64,000 bases of DNA from the human T2T-CHM13v2.0 reference genome, Homo sapiens. Made by a program: the position numbers and the translations under genes. The notes under the pieces are model-generated. The model did not search any database, was not told the origin of the DNA, and was given only the letters and a program-made list of their open reading frames with translations. This document shows positions 17,178 to 35,005 of the stretch, piece by piece. The stretch lies in the NCBI RefSeq assembly GCF_009914755.1, contig NC_060932.1, one strand, 5' to 3'. The first letter of the stretch is position 1. Every line of letters starts with the position of its first letter.

Positions 17178-17460
17178 TTTTTTTTTGTTTTTTGTTTTTA
17201 AATAGTATCTCACTCTGATGCCTGGGCTGGAGGGCAATGGTGCAGTCACAGCTCACTGCAGCCTCACCTCTGGTGCTCAGGCGATTCTTCCACCTCAGGA
17301 GCTGGGACTACAGGCACAGGCCACAACATCTGGCTAGTTTTTTGTAGGGACGGGGTTTCTCCATGCATGCTACCCAAGCTGGTCTCCTGAGCTCAAGCAA
17401 TCCACCCAGCTCGGCCTCCCAAAGTGTTGGGATTACAGGCATGAGCCACCGCACCTGGCT
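17178..17460 (-). mobile_element. AluJ-like
   Basis: Diverged Alu with gctcactgcagcct and gctcaagcaatcc. Confidence 0.85.
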
Positions 17461-17646
17461 CCCAAAATACGTATGTTCTAATAGAACGACTTAAATAGGA
17501 AAAAAAATTGAAGAAGATAAAAAATAAAGTCATGATTACAACAGAAAAGCATAACCATACAAGTGAACTACAATTTGGCCTAGAGCTGCCCAAAAGACAA
17601 AGAGGAGCAACAAAGAGAGCATTAGACTCTTTAAGATGAAAACGAA

Positions 17647-18060
17647 TCCCAAATGCCCATCAAGGATAGACTGGATAAAGAAAACGTGGCACATATACAC
17701 CATGGAATACTATGCAGCCATAAAAAAGGGATGAGTTCATGTTCTTTGCAGGGACATGGATGAAGCTGGAAACCATAATTCTCAGCAAACTAACACAGGA
17801 ACAGAAAACCAAACACTGCATGTTCTCACTCATAAGTGGGAGTTGAACAATGAGAACACATGGACACAGGGAGTGGAACATGACACACTGGGGCCTGTCA
17901 GGGGGTGGGAGGCTAGCGGAGGGATAGCATTAGGAGAAATACCTAATGTAGATGACGGGTTGATGGGTGCAGCAAACCACCATGGCACGTGTATACCTAT
18001 GTAACAAACCTGGATGTTCTGCACGTGTATCCCAGATCTTAAAGTATAATAAAAATAAAA
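17647..18060 (+). mobile_element. 5'-truncated L1PA 3' end
   Basis: ggaatactatgcagccataaaaa...ttaaagtataat plus A-rich tail. Confidence 0.9.
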
Positions 18061-18104
18061 TTAGGGAAAACCACTAAATAGAAAAAAGAGAGAAAAACAA
18101 ATTA

Positions 18105-18488
<384 letters not shown>

Positions 18489-19262
18489 CTATGGGTCTTC
18501 ATAAAAGGTACACTATGTGATATATTTAATAGTAGCCATTAGCCTTAAAAACACATGTATTGAAAATATATGTTTTGATGACTGTGTTTGCTATTAGGAG
18601 CCAACAGCATAGAAACAAAGCATAATGCAGTAACAGTAATTCTATGAAGAGCCAAAATGTGGATCAAATATGTAGCTCTCTGAAGATTTCCTAGAGGATA
18701 AAATTTAGATTCTTCTGCTAGTTGGGAAAACAGACTTGTTTTATCATAATCCCCAAACTCATGTGTTCCTATAAGTAATAAAATCCATTTCAAAACCAAA
18801 TTATTTTTATATCTAAAGCCACTGTTCCCTTTTAATATCACAGACTGAACTAGACTACATAGATAATTTATCTAAGCATGGTTTTCTAAATAAATGTGCT
18901 GTAAATGGCTAATCTCGATGTAGTAGATACATTTTAAAATGCTGTTTTATGGTTGTACTAACTATATGTAAACTTATTTCTAAAAGGTTAAAAGATTATC
19001 CACAAAAATGTTATTTCAGTTACATTCAATTTTTAGAATTATTAGTATAGGTTATGTTAAAGTGCATTGCACCTATTCACAAAGACTTTCAAAAAATGAT
19101 CAGCAATATAAAGTGTAAACCTAAAAAGAAAATCAGACTCATTCTACATCTGTGAAATTCAGCACTTAAATATAATTCAATTTACAATAATTGTAAAAGA
19201 TAGGGAGAATATAGAAAATGGAGGGGGAAAATGGTATTCAACATATGAACAACACAGCTACT

Positions 19263-21177
19263 GTTGTAGTGAAAAAATAATTTATTAAATGAACATAATA
19301 CTGGGAGTAAAATGCATTATAAAAGTAAAAAAAAGTAAATTATAAATATAAATAATAGTGGTTTACCTAATTAACAGATTTTTTTCTTCATCCTTGAAGA
19401 ACTTTAAATACAATCTTCCAAAAAGCCAGATTGAAAAAGTGGCTGGTTCGCTTTAGAACAGACAGGCAACACTATAATATCTAGAATTTGGCAAAGATCT
19501 GTTATATAAGATACAGAATGGTACTGATTAAATGATTGTTCTTTTTAAGCCTTTTGTAAGTCTAGAATAATAATTTTAATAAATAAGCAGATCAATTTAT
19601 TATATTCATTTCTGTCTCTAAGGATAGCAAACATATTTCTGATACACATTGTGAAAAATGTTCTGAGAACATACCTGTGCACTTTGACAGACTAAAAATT
19701 TTTGGTTATTTGGTAAAAAGTGATCTCCTTTTTACTTCAAAGGTTAACAACAGCCATTGAATGTGTTGATATATGTCATTAGAATTTTAAACAGCCACAC
19801 CTTAATATATATATACATCAAGATACCGATAAACTTTTAGATAGTAAAGAAAAAAATGGAGATTGTTATTCTATTTCCCCAGTAAGTTTCCCTCAGTTTT
19901 TAGAAAGCATACCGACTGGGATTGCAAAATGCCAGCATGATTACAATGCTTATTAACAGCAATATGCAAAACAGTGAAAATAGAAAATAAATAACTTCAT
20001 CCTATAAAAATGAAACAAGGCACTTTTAATGACTGTACACAAAGCTGAAATAAACAAACATTTTTTCATAAAGCTGACTCAAAGACCCTAGGAGACTTTT
20101 GTAGAAAGTGAAATAGTAAAGGCACTACATAATTCTTTCTCCTAACTCTACTTACTAAAAAAATCCACCAATTAAACTTGGCACAAAAGAGTTTAATTAT
20201 CATAAAGTGCATCACTTGGCTAAATATATTAAAAAGAAAATCAGCCATAATACAGTATAACAACATCTTCACACAAATAGAAATAAAAATGCAATGTCAG
20301 GAGTCAAGCCAGTTAGGAACTTTGCAGTATATATGGCTTTTTATTTTCTTTTTTGTATAAGCCCCTATTTATTTAGAATCTATATTTTCGAAAGAATATG
20401 CCTTAACAAAAGGAGGTAGTATTCTGAAAGAGGCAAACTCACTAAATCTAGGTAGAGATAAAGATTACGTGGAAACTAAACAAATGTAACATATTAATAA
20501 CTGTGACACTTATTAAAGTATTTTGATATTAATGAATCAGCTTTTAAAATCAAGGCTATCTTATCACTTTAGCTATATGATTACAGCTCTTTCAAGTAGT
20601 TTTCCTTTGGTACTAGAAAGTCATTTTTCTAAAGAGCATTAACATTTCAAATAAGCAAATTTTATTTAGAGATGTAAACATGTAAACATTAAAAACTCAA
20701 CTAAATTTTATCTTTATTATGATGGTCACTGATTTAAACTATTAATGAAAATATGTCATGTCAGAGATATAAAGAAGAATATATCACCCAGATAGTAACA
20801 TGCAATTAATTTCCATTTGATTAATATAATTGGTGATTTAACACACATACATATATACACAGTAGTTTGGAGCAATATATAGGCAAAACACCATAATAAT
20901 TTATGCACAGTATTTAAGAATGTGGGCCTTGATAACAGAATTCCAACAAGATTTTTTTTAGTGTATTAAATGTAATTGGATAAAATACAATTAAAAGCAG
21001 CAGTGAATATATTTCCTATCTCAATAACTTAAAAAAACTTCTTTATGTAAACTTTATACATGTGCATTCTTGCTCTTTTCTATATGTTTTACAGTTCTTG
21101 GTTCTTCTTTTAAAATAGTATTTGCCACTCTTCTAAATTTTTGAATAGTCTAAATGGAGGGAACTGCTTGTGATACA
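19263..21177 (-). other. SNX16: SNX16 3' UTR
   Basis: AT-rich stretch without recognisable repeats, running from the stop codon to AATAAA at 19281-19286. Confidence 0.8.
19281..19286 (-). terminator. SNX16: Polyadenylation signal AATAAA
   Basis: tttatt on plus; on minus it is followed by a CA-containing candidate cleavage zone and GT-rich sequence (GCTGTGTTGTT). Confidence 0.7.
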
Positions 21178-21274
21178 TTAGTCTTCTTCAGCATCATATG
21201 CCACTTCTGCTACTTCTATCTCTGATACAGCATTTTCAGGTTCACTAAAACTTAAGCATGGTTTATTATCAGCT
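21178..21274 (-). CDS. SNX16: SNX16 exon 8, coding part to stop
   Basis: 97 nt, [31 protein letters not shown] then TAA; acceptor T16-GCAG. Confidence 0.95.
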
Positions 21275-22060
21275 CTGCAAAAAAAAAAAAAAAAGGAACA
21301 TATCAATGATGGGACTGGATGCATGCTATTATTTCATTTTCACTATTACCTTTAAAAATCTTCTACCTTATAGAAAATTTACATACTTAGTGTAAAAGTA
21401 TTTAATGTAAGAGTATTTAAACATTCAATCAGAAATTTGATATATTTAAGTTGTCATTGCCAAGTAAGACCTTTGGAGATAGGTTTTTAAACTCAGCTCT
21501 CCAAACTACCATTTACCAATAAAAATCTACTTGGTAATTACCTTTATCAACATAAAATTTTTCTCAGAATTATAGTTGACCATTACCACTAAACTATTAA
21601 CAATTACCTTGGATTTGTATGCAATAAAAATTCTATGTGCTTTTAAATTCATTACCTTTTCATCATTCCTATTAGGTAAGAAGGGTGGTTTGCTATTATA
21701 TTATAGTAGCCTACTTTTTCAATGGAAAAAGGGTGATATTGAGGGAGATTAAGGTAATCTGTCAATATTTAAAAAATTAGTTAATTACCTGAGTCAGAGG
21801 CCAGTTAATGCAGACACAGCTCTAAAGTAAGTAATGAGAAAACTTACATCCTGATGTCAAAGACACTTTTTATTTTTAAAGTGTTTTTATTTTTAAATAT
21901 TTTAGGAAAAGCCTAAAATATTTCCAATTCATTCTCTGTTTGCTTAGCAGATTCGTGATACAGTAACACTGAGTTCATAAAAAAATACTCTATAGAGTAT
22001 TAGAATCACTTTCCTCCAATTATTCAAGAATTAAGCTATCATAAATGAAATATTATATAC

Positions 22061-22180
22061 CTAGATTCTTCATCCAGGACATCTTGATCAACCTCAAGTG
22101 CAGAGGACTCCACCTTTAGGATCTGTTCACCTTCTGTTTCTGACACATCCAGTGATTCTTCAGGTTCTAAAGACAATGTT
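22061..22180 (-). CDS. SNX16: SNX16 exon 7
   Basis: 120 nt, [39 protein letters not shown]; acceptor tttAG, donor AG|GTATAT. Confidence 0.95.
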
Positions 22181-22772
22181 CTAAAAGTATGTTATAGCAA
22201 CAAGTTATTTTCTATGAACAAAACAGGCATATGTTTAATGTTGTGAATACAGGTAGCTATAGCAGTCTTTAGCTGTTAAGCCTTAATGTAGTTACATAGC
22301 TAATAAATAGCTCACTTTGGAAGTCAACAGAGAAAATCAGTAGCTATGATTAATTTAAAATGACTTTAGTATCAATTCAAGATATGCTGATGAGATGGCA
22401 AACCAGAGCTTTCATATGTGAAAAGCTGGCATAAATGCCTAGAAACTAAGATGTCACTTAAATAAAATAATGGTATTCCATTTAATAATGATTATTTATT
22501 TAATAATGATTTAACAATGATTAAAATGAATAATGTTTACCTTGTTGAACAGTTAGTGGCTTATTTTCCTGATGTTTCCCATCCTTCAATGTTCAAAATT
22601 TATTTAGCAAAATTATGCTAAATAAAGCATAATTTTCCCAATGAAGTATGCCAAAAGCCTACAACTTTCAGAATCAGAAAATTCCTAAATCATATTAAAA
22701 TATAAAGGGCAGTTAGCCCAGAGTATTAAGGGTTGAATTAGTCAGAGTAGAAATGCAAGTATCACAACACAC

Positions 22773-22909
22773 CTGATTCTGTTCTCTAAAGTGTCTATAT
22801 GAAGTTGCTTCTCACTGAGCAGTTTCTTTAGTGATTCCATCTCCTTTTGTTTTTCAAGTAGTTCTTTCTGTAAGCGGTAGTTTGTCTCTTCTAAAGTTTC
22901 ACAGAATGC
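22773..22909 (-). CDS. SNX16: SNX16 exon 6 (coiled coil)
   Basis: 137 nt, [45 protein letters not shown]; seen in ORF 22742..22942; donor AG|GTGTGT. Confidence 0.96.
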
Positions 22910-25325
22910 CTTAAAAAAAACAACAAACAAAACTAAACACATGCAGAAAAAGAATACAATTAATTACAAATGCAGTATCTTTCTCAAGAGCATTATTGAA
23001 GAGTCAAAGAACACAGATAATCAAAATAATAGTATGAAACTCCAAATGATTTGTTCTCTACCCTCATCTTTTTAGGTCACTGGTATCTTAACTTTAGTTC
23101 CCATCCACCAGGGGGACATAACTACAAGTTCTTTTTCTTAAGACTTACAGTAGTAAGCTAGTGTGCCTGAAGTGAGTATGTGATATCCCTCTAGTGTAGA
23201 ACTGGGATAAAAAATAATTGGCAACTACTGCTTTAGTTTTTACTCTCTTTAATCTACTTTTGCCTAGTCATACATGATTACACTTAAAAAATATCAACTG
23301 TGGTTGATGCCATTTGTATTAGCTCAGTAGACATACTACTGTAACAGCATTTTGGTAATCTTGACACTTGGGTTGCAGTACCAGGATGGTACAAGAAATG
23401 AGGAGTCAGGTACATTTTGGGAAGTAAGTGACAAAAAGTGATAGATTCAGGAATAAAGCAAAGACCCTAAAGAGCCTATTAATAAAAGTCACTCAACAAC
23501 ACAGAAAAACATCAAGAAAGATTGTTTGTCTCAATCTGGTTTCTAGGTGGGCGAGGTAAAGTCTCACCTGAAGAATCTAATCTAAAAAGCCTCATATGGA
23601 TTTTGGGAAAAACAATGTATCATAAGGAAGACAAATAAAAACAAATATATATATATAAATACAAGATACTGAAGTTGCAAATATCAAAATCAAATAGATC
23701 TCTAAAACATCAGGAAGACAAATCAGTTTACTATAAAATTGTAAGACAGTAGGGGACTGGGAGTAGATGTCATAAAACAGTCTATGTCAAAGGCAGTGGA
23801 AAACACTTTAAAGCACTGAGAAAAATAACTATCAAGGTAGAATTCTACACTCAGTTAAATCATACTTCAAGAATGAAACAAAATTAAAAGACATTTGAAC
23901 ATCAAAGATCTAAGCATTACCAATACACATTCACTGAAAGAACTATTAAATTATGTACTTTAAGAAGTAGTTAACTGAATCCCAAAAGAAAGAGTAGGAT
24001 GAAAGTAGGAATGGAGAGGAATGAAAGTGACAAAGACTTAGGTAAATCAAAAGAAACATTGACTGTGTGAAATAATAATGATGGCCAACTTTGAGGAGGG
24101 CTGTAAACAATCGGTTTCCAATATATGAGAACATATGACCATTAAATAAAAGACAATGACTACAGAAGTTAAAAACCAAGAGCAGAGAACAAAGAGAAAA
24201 ACTCATTAAATAACATGAAAAGAAAGAAAGGAGTAAAAAAGCATTTTATAAAGCAGAATCAAAAGCACAAAATAAAATAATAGAAATAAATACAAATATA
24301 TTGGTCATTACCATATATAAAATAAACTCAAAACTTAACAGATTTTTCAGACTGTATTAAAAAGAACTATGATGTTTAAAACAGCCATATTTAAAATACA
24401 AAAGTAGAAACATACTTAAAGGCAACAGACAAATGTTAGCCTTTTCTCCCCTACCAAAAGTTGTAGTTTTCTTAATATCTGACAGAATGCAGTTCAAGGT
24501 GATAAACATTATTAGGCACAAAGAGTCTCTACCTAATAATAAAAGTAATAATTCACCAGGAATATTTTAAATGCATAATTACAAGAAGAAATTGAACAAA
24601 TCCACACCATAAGGGGTAAATTTGACATAACTCTTGGCAATTAACGGATTAAACAAAAAAATGAGTTAAGATTAAAAAAATTTTAACAATACAAATTAGT
24701 AAGTTTGATATGATGAACATATATTGAACTGTGAGTCTAACAATTAAGAAATACATATTCTTTTCAAGCACACATGGAAAATTTAGAAAATTTATCACAT
24801 ATGTGCAGATCCCAAAGACTGCAGAACACTGTCAACAATAACCAAGAATTGGTGTCAGACAGAACATAATCTCTGAAAAAAATGCAAATAGACTAAAAAA
24901 CAGTCAATAATATTAGAAAAAAGTGCTTGAAAAATTAAAGAGAATTCTAAATTTATGGAGCAAACAAGATAATAGGAACAATATAAAATATGAACGAGAA
25001 TGAAAATATTAAGACTTGTGAGATGCAATTTGACTGTTATATAAAAGAACTGTATAATACTAGAAACAACTGAGAAAGCATCCAATTAAAGAAGTCAAAG
25101 AACATACTAAAACCAAGTATAAGAAAGGAATTAAGAGACAGGAAAAGAATTTAATCAAGAGAATCAAAAAGGCAAAAAGTGGTTCTTTGAGAAGACTATT
25201 AAAATACACCAAATCCAAGGAGAAAAGACTAGTGGAAAAAACAGTGAGATTCAAAGTGGATATATAACTAAAGATATGTTAAGAGATTTTCAAAAGTCAT
25301 GTGATACTACTAAGAACAACAGTTT

Positions 25326-25620
<295 letters not shown>

Positions 25621-26850
25621 TGTATTTTAAAATCTATACAAAATGGTCAAGTTCTAGAAAAATACAGATTCTCAAAACTGAAACCTCCCCAAATAATCTG
25701 AATAAACTACAGACATCAAAGAAACAGAATCAGTTGTTAAAAATCTACTATAAGACAAGCTAAAGAAAATATCAAATCCAGATTGTTTTACAGGTGAATT
25801 CTAACAAACATTTAGGGAACAACCAATATGCATTTATTCAAATGGTTCTGGATAACAGAAAAAGAGGGACTATTCCTTATTTTATAAAACTGGTATAATT
25901 TTGATGCCAGACCCAACAAAGGGCAGTAACAGAAACAAATGTTACATATGCCAAAATTCTAAATAAAATCATTACAATTCAAATCCAGTAATTAAAAAAA
26001 TACGCTGAATTTGCGTTAATCTCATAATCAATGTTTTATCAACTGAAAATCTATGAATGTAATTTACCACACCAATAGATTAAAAAAAACCCATATGATC
26101 ATCTATACAGATGCAAGTGAAAGCATTCACACACACACACATCCCTACAACCTCTTAGCAAACTAGAAATAGAACTTCTTTAATCTAAAAACAACAACGA
26201 AAACAATAAACAAATCAACATAACTCACAACTACCACCAGCCTATAGAAAACTCCATATCCAACAGCAAAATACAGGATCATTTTCATTAAAGTTAGGAT
26301 GAAAGGAAAAGGATGCCCACCATAATGGCTTCAATTAACCTCCAAAGAATCTATCTAGCAAAATAATACAGAAAAATGAAATGAAAGATATTACGTATTA
26401 GGAAAAAACACATTGTTAATATTGCAGGGGATATGATTACCGATATGGAAAATCCAAACAGATCTATAAACTAACAAGAGAATGTGACATACAAAATAGA
26501 TATATAAAAATCAATAATAAAACTAGTAACTTAGAATGTAATAAAAATACCAATTATTTCATCAACAAAAATGATGAGGAATCCTATGGCTTTCCCTAGA
26601 TGAAAAAAATGTAAACTTTTATTGAAGAACTTAAAAAAAAACCCTCCATATGCAAAGATCTATTAATAGGAAGATTCAATACTATAAAGATACTCTTCAA
26701 AATTAATAAATAAATGTATTAAAATTCCAAACAAAATGGCAATAGGATTTTTTCATGGAACTCACAAAGTTGTTCTAAAATTCATATGGAAAAGTGAATA
26801 GCCAACTTGGAAGAATAAGGGCACCCTTGTTCTGCCAGTTAATAAGATTA

Positions 26851-27265
<415 letters not shown>

Positions 27266-27320
27266 CTATTTAGCATAGAAGAATTACTAATTAGTGCAGT
27301 AGGGATGAACTTTTAAATAA

Positions 27321-29131
<1,811 letters not shown>

Positions 29132-30355
29132 GACCTGAGTGTGAAAAGCAAAAGTTTACACTTATTAGAAGGAAATTTAGGAGAAATATTTTTATGTGCT
29201 GGTGTGTAGGGAAGAACAAGAGCCATAGAAAATGTGACAAAGAATGTGCAGCTACTATGGAAGATGCCAGACCTGGCTGGTAATCAAGAAAATTAGGCTA
29301 AAATAACAGTAAGATATTATTTTATACCCATCAGACTGACAAAAATTAAAAGATTGACAATACTTGTATTAGTGGTGATATAGAGCAAAAGGAAAACATA
29401 TTGTTGGTAAAAGTACAAACTGATATAACAAATTTGGGGTGTAATTTTAGCATATGCAGTGAAGTTGAAGAGGAGAATATCTAACAATGAAACAATTGTA
29501 TTCCTAGGAAAGTACCTTTAAAACCTTGGGTTTCTTCCAAGATTAACATCCACCCCAGTGAGGGAGGTACCTTAGGAAAAATGTATATAGGAATGGAGAC
29601 TGTCCTTAGAATAGTCATTGGAAGGCTATATTGATATAAATTTCCTTCTGGGATAGAGATCAAACAGTTCCATCAGGACAGGAAAATCTGCTAGCAAGTG
29701 ATTCTAAGAAAACAGCTTCATTACATATTACAATTTAGGTAGAGAATAGATGGCTTAAGAATTCTGCTTTAATTGTTTGTACTTATAATTCATATAAAAT
29801 ATTAAAAATTATAATTTATTTCTAATAAGCTATTCATTAATGTTAATACAGTAAGACCTCATTTCTTCCAATTATATTATCTCCATACAAGTAATAGATT
29901 TGAATTTTCCCAAAAAAAGGTAGACTAATTTATATCCCTAATCTTAATTCCCTCTTTTAGTACAAGTATATGAGGGGTAGAAATGACTACCTTAAATAGG
30001 GAACAGAGAAAAGTAGGTTAAAGATTTGCCGAACTGAGTATCCTTTGAATAAGTTTAATTTTACACTCCAAGAAATGTGGGTTAATAAGTCATTTTGGGA
30101 TTTTTCTTAAAATGAGAGGCTGCTTAAGTAAGTCTGCAGACAAAAGAGATATATATCTCATTAGGTTACTGTAGATTTTACCTTGAAGGAGAGGAGCAAA
30201 CACAGAATTTCTTCATTCACTGTTCAAATAAACATATATTTTCAAATACAACTGTAGGAAAATGCATTTATTTTAGAGAAAGAGTCTAGGAGATACATTC
30301 CATATTACTCTGTTGAGTGTATAAACTTAATATTGCCTTGGTGACTTATTTAAAT

Positions 30356-30574
30356 CAGTGGTTCTACATCAGGAGCGATTTTAAACTCAGAAGACACTTG
30401 GTAATGTCTGGAGACATTTTTACTTGTCATGAGTGGGTATGCTATTGGTGTCTAATATGTAGAGGCCTAGGATGCTGCTAAATATTTTCAATGCACACGT
30501 CAGGCTGTGCTCTAGCCTCGGCCACCAAAAAGTTATCCAGCCCTAAATGCCGATAGAGTGTATGAGAAATCCTA
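30356..30574 (+). mobile_element. MER20-like hAT DNA transposon remnant
   Basis: cagtggttct...aatgtctggagacattttt...ggatgctgctaaa...ttatccagccctaaatg. Confidence 0.75.
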
Positions 30575-30879
30575 ACTCAAATCAGCTTCCACTCTTCCCC
30601 TGCCAAGTTATGATACTTGACAATACTAACTAGCATATATTTTGAACTAAGAACACTAAAAAGATATTCAAATTATTATTTTTTTGTAAAAGGGCTAATT
30701 TAAAAATTAAAAAATGAACTAAAGGCTGTCTTGCAAGAAGAAAGAATACTATACTTTAAAGGAATAAAAATCCTGGAATCCTTGAGCTGGAAAAGGAGTG
30801 ATAAACACTTAGCTTCTTTAGCCCAATGTTCACTTAAAATAGAACTTAATTTTCTAAACAGATTCTAAATCAAAGAGAC

Positions 30880-33800
30880 AAAATGGTAGCCGAAAGGCTG
30901 AATGAAACCCAGAAGCAATGATCTAGCCAGGATTTAATAGGGAGTTCTGGGAAACGATATATCTATGGGGCCTTGATAAGCTTTCCACATATCCTGGGAC
31001 CCAAGCCACACAGGACAACAGAGCCCATATGCGTGTATAGAATAGGAGATGGGAAAGGATTCAGCAGAAACTAAAATCTACAGCATACTTGAAAATGACC
31101 TTAACTTTAAATACACTCCTTAGACTATATACAGATCCATTACCAGAGTGTAAAAATCTTACTAGTTTGAGGTATATAAGCAAAATTTATGACCAACTGT
31201 TGACTGAACATTAAGCTATGCAGAAATACAAGAAAGCCAGGCTTAAAAATAAAATGAGGAAAAAAACACTGAGAAAAGACATCAGTGACCACACATTGCT
31301 GAGGAGACAAACTTCACAGATTTAGTCCAGGCAAGTTACTAAACAGACAGACAAAATAATAATAACCACTATAGGAGACAGAGATTAAGAATCAAGAGTT
31401 GCTACAGTGTATCACCTAAAATATCTTGTATTCAAATAAATGTACAAAACACTCAAAGAAACAAGGTCAATCTAAGCATACTCAGGAAAAAAGGCAGTCA
31501 ATTGAAGCTATCTCTAAACGGCCCCAAATGTTAGGCATATCAGGCAGTGATTTTTAATGCAACCATTACGTACATGAAATAAACTAGAAAAAATTGAATT
31601 AATGATAAGGATAATGATAATGAGTCAACAAATAGAAAAATCTCAATAAAGAGAAAGAACAGTTAAAAAATAAGCAATTGAGAATTTTGGAGTTGAAAAG
31701 CACAGTAACTGAAAAATTAACAAGAGGGGCTCAACAGGAGATTTAATATGACCGAAATATAAATCTGTGAATCTGAAGATCAATAGAAATTTTCAATCTG
31801 AAGATCAGAGAAAAAAGCAATTGAAGAAAAATGAACAGCACTTCAGAGACATTTTGCACAACACAGGGTATACAAATATACAAGTAATGACAGTCCAAGA
31901 AGGAGAAGGGAGAGAAAAAGGGAGTGAAAAAGTATTTGAAGAAATAATGGCTAACAAATTCCAAAGTTTGATATAAAACATTAATCTGTCAAGTCAACAA
32001 AGCTCAATGAAGCCAAAGCATGAGAAACAGAAAGAGATCTACACCCCAATACATCATAATCAAACTGCTGAAAGTCAAACAAACAGAATATCTTGAAAGC
32101 AGCAAGGGCAAAATGGCTCATCATGCACATGGAAACAATATAAAGGTTGATTTTTTTTTTATCAGAAATAATAGGGGCCAGAAGGCAGTGGAATGACACA
32201 TTCAGAGTGCTGGAAGAAAAAAATCTGTCAGTAAAACTATCTTTCAAAAATGACCATTTCCAGCTAAACAAAGACTGTGAGAATTTGTTGCTAGCAGACC
32301 CGTCTTACAAGAAAAACTAAACGAAGATTATGAGACTGAAAGGAAGTGATACCAGATGATCACATCAACCTCCAGGAAGAAATGAAGAGGGCCAGAAATA
32401 GTAAACACGTGGATTAAATAAAATAATCTATGAAATATATTTTCCCATTTCTTAAGTTCTTTAGAGCACAAAAGACTGTATAAAGAAATAATTATTGCAC
32501 TGTATTGTTAGGTTTATAAGATATATGTAAAATAGATAACAATAGCAACACAAAGAAAGAGGGAGGAAACGGAGAGATATTGGAGCCAAGTTTATATTTC
32601 ACTGAAATATAATACCTTTAGCAGTCACTGAAAAATAAGAAAAAGTAAAAAATTCTACAGAAGAATCAAAATGGCATACTAAAAATTATTTTACACAAGA
32701 TAAAAGGAGGAATGGGATGGAGACAGATGAGAGAAACAGAAAACAAATTGCAAAATGGCAGATGTAAAAGACAGATGTCGGAAAGAATAACAGATCAAGA
32801 CCCAATTACACGCTATGTAGAAGGGATGGATCTTGGGTTGAAAGATACAAACAGATTGAAAGTAAAAGGATGGGAAAAGATATGCTATGCAAACAGTAAT
32901 GATAATAGAGCTGCAGTAAACAAGACAGTATCATACTGGCACAAGGACAGGAAAATAGATCAACAGACTAGAATTAAGAGTCCAGAAACAAACCCTTCTT
33001 TTCATGGTCATTTGATTTCTGACAGAAGTGTCAACATAATTAAACAAAACGAACTAAAAAAAAATTAAGATAGGTATAGGAACTTAAGACCCTTACCTAA
33101 TACCTTAAAAAAAATTAACCCAAAATAGACCATAAACCTAACTGTAAGAGCTAAAATATAAAATTAAAAATATATATATGAGAAAATATTTGTAATGTTG
33201 GGTTAGGCAAAGAGTTTTTATAATACAATAGTAAAAGCATAAGCCATTAAAAAAGTGATAAAATAAATTCATTAAAATTAAAAACTTTTGCACTTCAAAG
33301 AATGCCATTAAGAGGATGAAAAGACACCTACAGACTGCAAGAAAATATCTACAAATTGTATCTCTGATAAAGGATTAATATCTAAAGTAAAGATTTTATA
33401 ACTGAATAAGATAAACAGCCCAGGTTTTTTAAAAAATGGGCAAGACGTGAACAGACATTTCATTGAAGAAAACATGAATGGCTAAAAAGCATGTGGCATG
33501 ATATCAATATCAAAAAATCATTAGAAACATGAAAATTAAAGCTATAATGAAATATCACTACCTATCCAAGAGAATGGCTATAATCCAAAAGAGAGATAAT
33601 ATCAAATGTTTGTGAGGACATAGAGAAACTAAAACTCTCGTACAGTACAAGTGAGAATAGAATACAGCAACTTTCAAAAACTTTATTGGTTTCTTTAAAA
33701 AGTTAAACTTGTTACATGATCAAACACTTCTACTCTTAGGGAAGTAGAATTTCTCAGTCCATGAGAAATAAAGCCATATGTTCACACAAAACATTATATG

Positions 33801-34357
33801 AAATTGTTCATAGCATTACTCATAATATCACAAAACTGGAAACAATCCAAGTATCCCTCAATGGGTGACTGGATAAACAAAATGTGGTATATGCAAACAA
33901 TGAAAAACCATTTAGTAATGAAATAATTATAGAGGATAACATGGAATACCCTCAAAAGCATGCTAAGTGAAATAAATCAGGTGTAAAAGATTATAATACT
34001 GTATATTATATATTAGGCAGACTGTATATATAAAAGTTATGTATATGGTAAACTAATACACACAAACACACACTGTATGATTTTATTTATATGAAATATC
34101 CAGAAAGGGCAAATGTGTAGAGAATGAGAGCAGATCAGTGGTTGCCTTGGGCTGGAAGTGCAGACTGACTGCAAAATGGCTTATAGGAATTCTTTTTGAG
34201 GTGATGAAAATATTCTAAAATTGGGTTACAGTGATGATGGTAACTGCTCTATAAATTTCCAAAAAAGTATTAAATTGTACATTTTCAGTAGAATAGCAAA
34301 CAACAAATTGGTGAATATTATGGATGAAAATATTACTCCAATAAAGCTGTTTTAAAA
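30880..34357 (+). mobile_element. Old L1M with ORF1, ORF2 and 3' UTR remnants
   Basis: ORF1-like EKVFEEIMANKF (ORF 31767..31976); ORF2-like KTVSYWHKDRKIDQ (ORF 32712..33068); ends caataaagctgtt. Confidence 0.8.
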
Positions 34358-35005
34358 AGGCCAGGGCATTCAATCTAACACAAAGAACTGACTCAGCTTG
34401 AATGAAAACATTACAAACCTACCAATTAAATCTGTTCCATTTAAATGCCATTAAACATTTGGGGAAAAAACTTGCATAAAATCCTAGCTAATCTACTATT
34501 ACCAAATCTGTTTTGTGAATCTAGGCTATTGCTTCAAGAAACAGGACACTTTAACACGTCAATTAATGTAATTTGAGAAGCATCAGGCACAAGCTAAACC
34601 GATAACAAGATAATCACTCCTACCCCTGAAGTTTTAAATTTGATTTTAGCTGTACATTCCTTATTTTGACACTCAAATGGAAGAAAACTCAGTTTACACA
34701 TAGTATTATTAAATATAAAAAGGTCCCCCAAATCATTTTTTTTGAAACAGTAAAAATAATGCAGGATTTAATTTTAGAGCTTTATTGACTATAAGACATA
34801 TATGAATTTTTACTTTTTCACTGAGCTAAGTCTATGTATTTCACTGAAAGCAACCTTTGACTCAAACATGAAAGCTTTCTGTGCAAAACTACCATAGCCT
34901 GAAATTATAATATTTTGCTGTTTGCTATTCCATCCAAGAAACAATGTAGTTATTGTACTGCATTAATTGTTCCTCTTTTCATGTGCTATATAATACAGCA
35001 CTTAC

